A DNA stretch of 64,000 nucleotides from an uncultured Holophagales bacterium (GTDB lineage Bacteria; Acidobacteriota; Thermoanaerobaculia; Multivoradales; UBA5704): the NCBI GenBank assembly GCA_963842525.1, contig CAWJGT010000004.1, forward strand, positions 32,001-96,000, in the 5' to 3' direction. Below the pieces are notes generated by a model. It was not told where the DNA came from. It worked only from the letters and a program-made list of their open reading frames with translations, and ran no database searches. Shown here in pieces: positions 62,462 to 64,000 of the stretch. The translations under genes were made by a program, and so were the position numbers. The first letter of the stretch is position 1. Each line of letters begins with the position of its first letter.

Positions 62462-63211
62462 ATGCGGTCCAAAGCATATGACGCCATCTATCTTGCTCCC
62501 CATCTGGATGATGCGGTCCTCTCCTGCGGCGGTCAGATCGTGCGCCGGATCGGTAGTGGGGAGCGCGTCCTCGTGGTCACCTGCTTCGCCGGTCGCGAGC
62601 CTCCAGGGCGCTTGTCACCGTTTGCGCGTCGGCTCCACTGGGTCTGCGGTCTGCACGTCGACGCCATCGCCCGGCGCAGATCGGAAGACTGCCGGGCGTG
62701 TCACAGGCTCGGCGCGGCGGTTCTTCACCTGGAGGAGCTCGAAGCGATCTACCGGCGCGACCCGAGAAGCGGATCGCCGCTCTATGCCAGCCAGCGCGCG
62801 CTTTTCGATGCGTGCCACGCCGCGGATGGAGAGCTTCTGGACCGTCTCGCCGGCCGATTGGCCGAGCTGTCCTCCGGCGAGCAGGTGGTCGTGCCGCTGG
62901 CGGTCGGCGGCCACGTCGACCACCAATTGGTGCGAGCTGCGGCGGAACGCGCGATCGATCGGCTGACGTATTATGAAGACTATCCTTACGTGGAACGAAG
63001 CGGTGCGCTCCACAAGGCGCTCGGGGATCCGGCACGGTGGCGTTCTTGCACCGTGGCTCTGGAGGAGTCGCACATCGAGGAAAAACTGGCCGCGATCGCG
63101 AGCTACCACTCGCAGATACAGCTTCTGTTTCTGACCTCGGGCCGTATGACGAGGCGAGTGCGTCGCTACGTTCGGAGCGTCGGCGGTGAGCGCCTGTGGT
63201 GCAGGGTCTGA
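62462..63211 (+). CDS. PIG-L family deacetylase
   Basis: APHLDDAVLSCGG, RRSED, GHVDH, YEDYPY, YHSQ. Confidence 0.9.
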   Translation: MRSKAYDAIYLAPHLDDAVLSCGGQIVRRIGSGERVLVVTCFAGREPPGRLSPFARRLHWVCGLHVDAIARRRSEDCRACHRLGAAVLHLEELEAIYRRDPRSGSPLYASQRALFDACHAADGELLDRLAGRLAELSSGEQVVVPLAVGGHVDHQLVRAAAERAIDRLTYYEDYPYVERSGALHKALGDPARWRSCTVALEESHIEEKLAAIASYHSQIQLLFLTSGRMTRRVRRYVRSVGGERLWCRV

Positions 63212-63223
63212 TCGTCGCGGCCG

Positions 63224-63970
63224 CTACCGATACAGGAACCGCAGCGCCTTGGGCAGCCTCCGCCGCCAACTCGCCTCGTTGTGGCCGCCCCGGGCGTCGG
63301 GGCGCCACAGGAGGCGGTCGTCGTCCCAGCCGCGGTTGGTGAGGTGGGCGGCCATGGCGGCGACCATGGGGAGGAGCCTCCCCCTGTCCTCGCGGGCGCC
63401 GGCATCCAGGTAGATGCGCGAGACCGGCGGATCGGGCTGCGCCGCAATGTCCTCGAAGATGGCCTGATCCTGGAGCCAGAAGGAGGGGGACATCACGAGG
63501 GCGCCGCCGAAGGCCTGCGGATGGTGGAAATGCGACCAGAGCGCGGCGAGACCCCCCATCGACGAGCCCCCCACCACCGCCCCCAAAGGTGCGGGCTGGA
63601 GGTGGAGCTCCGCGGTGAGGGCCGGCATCAGGGTGCCGGTGACCCAGGCGAGCAAGTCGCCGATCCGGCCGGGCTTGCCGTCGTGCTCGAACGGGTTGAG
63701 CTCGTCGATCCGGCTCTTGCCGCCATGGTCGATGCCAATCACGACGGGGACCGGCCGGCGGACCCGGGCGAGCCCCTCCACCGCCGTATGGAGGTGCCAG
63801 CCGCCTGCGAAGGACTCCTCGTCGCCGAAGACGTTCTGTCCGTTGAACATCCAGAGCCCGAACCAGTGCCGCTCGGGCGTATAGGAGCGCGGCAGGTAGA
63901 CCCGGACGCGATGCGGCTGGAAGCCGGGCACTGTGAAGGGGCCGAGGACGTTCACCTCGCCGGCCCGCAT
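63224..63970 (-). CDS. alpha/beta hydrolase (putative esterase)
   Basis: VYLP, GQNVF, GSSMGG nucleophile elbow, HNEASW. Confidence 0.88.
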   Translation of the reverse strand: MRAGEVNVLGPFTVPGFQPHRVRVYLPRSYTPERHWFGLWMFNGQNVFGDEESFAGGWHLHTAVEGLARVRRPVPVVIGIDHGGKSRIDELNPFEHDGKPGRIGDLLAWVTGTLMPALTAELHLQPAPLGAVVGGSSMGGLAALWSHFHHPQAFGGALVMSPSFWLQDQAIFEDIAAQPDPPVSRIYLDAGAREDRGRLLPMVAAMAAHLTNRGWDDDRLLWRPDARGGHNEASWRRRLPKALRFLYR

Positions 63971-64000
63971 CCGGGCCAGCGATCCGGGGATCCCCTTCTC

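Overview
GC-rich bacterial window whose gene content and REP families suggest an Acidobacteriota- or Myxococcota-like soil organism (inference). It holds about 45 genes, mostly accessory or metabolic. These include a primase-SF2 helicase fusion, FadD, a VPS10/BNR hydrolase, a propeller-GGDEF sensor, AidB, thiolase/TetR, a RapA-like helicase, DUF1800/DUF1501 and an ATP-grasp/YbdK/M29 peptide-ligase operon. No rRNA, tRNA, CRISPR array or transposase gene was recognised. At least six genes carry single-base frameshifts and one has an in-frame stop, most likely long-read errors, so several proteins were reconstructed by hand. Best leads: (1) an AraC / TonB-dependent receptor / RRE-ThiF-like-flavin halogenase fusion locus at 21.5-27.6 kb that looks like a leader-guided peptide halogenation system with no adjacent precursor or YcaO; (2) a two-gene unit at 46.6-47.7 kb with a membrane-anchored CxxC redoxin and a secreted 6-Cys peptide showing squash-knottin-like spacing; (3) a 775-bp MITE (23-bp perfect TIRs, TAA duplication) that carries a 64-bp tandem array and splits a gene, next to a helically phased 20-21-bp repeat array; (4) a 5.4-kb nearly gene-free region of structured repeats downstream of the primase-helicase.
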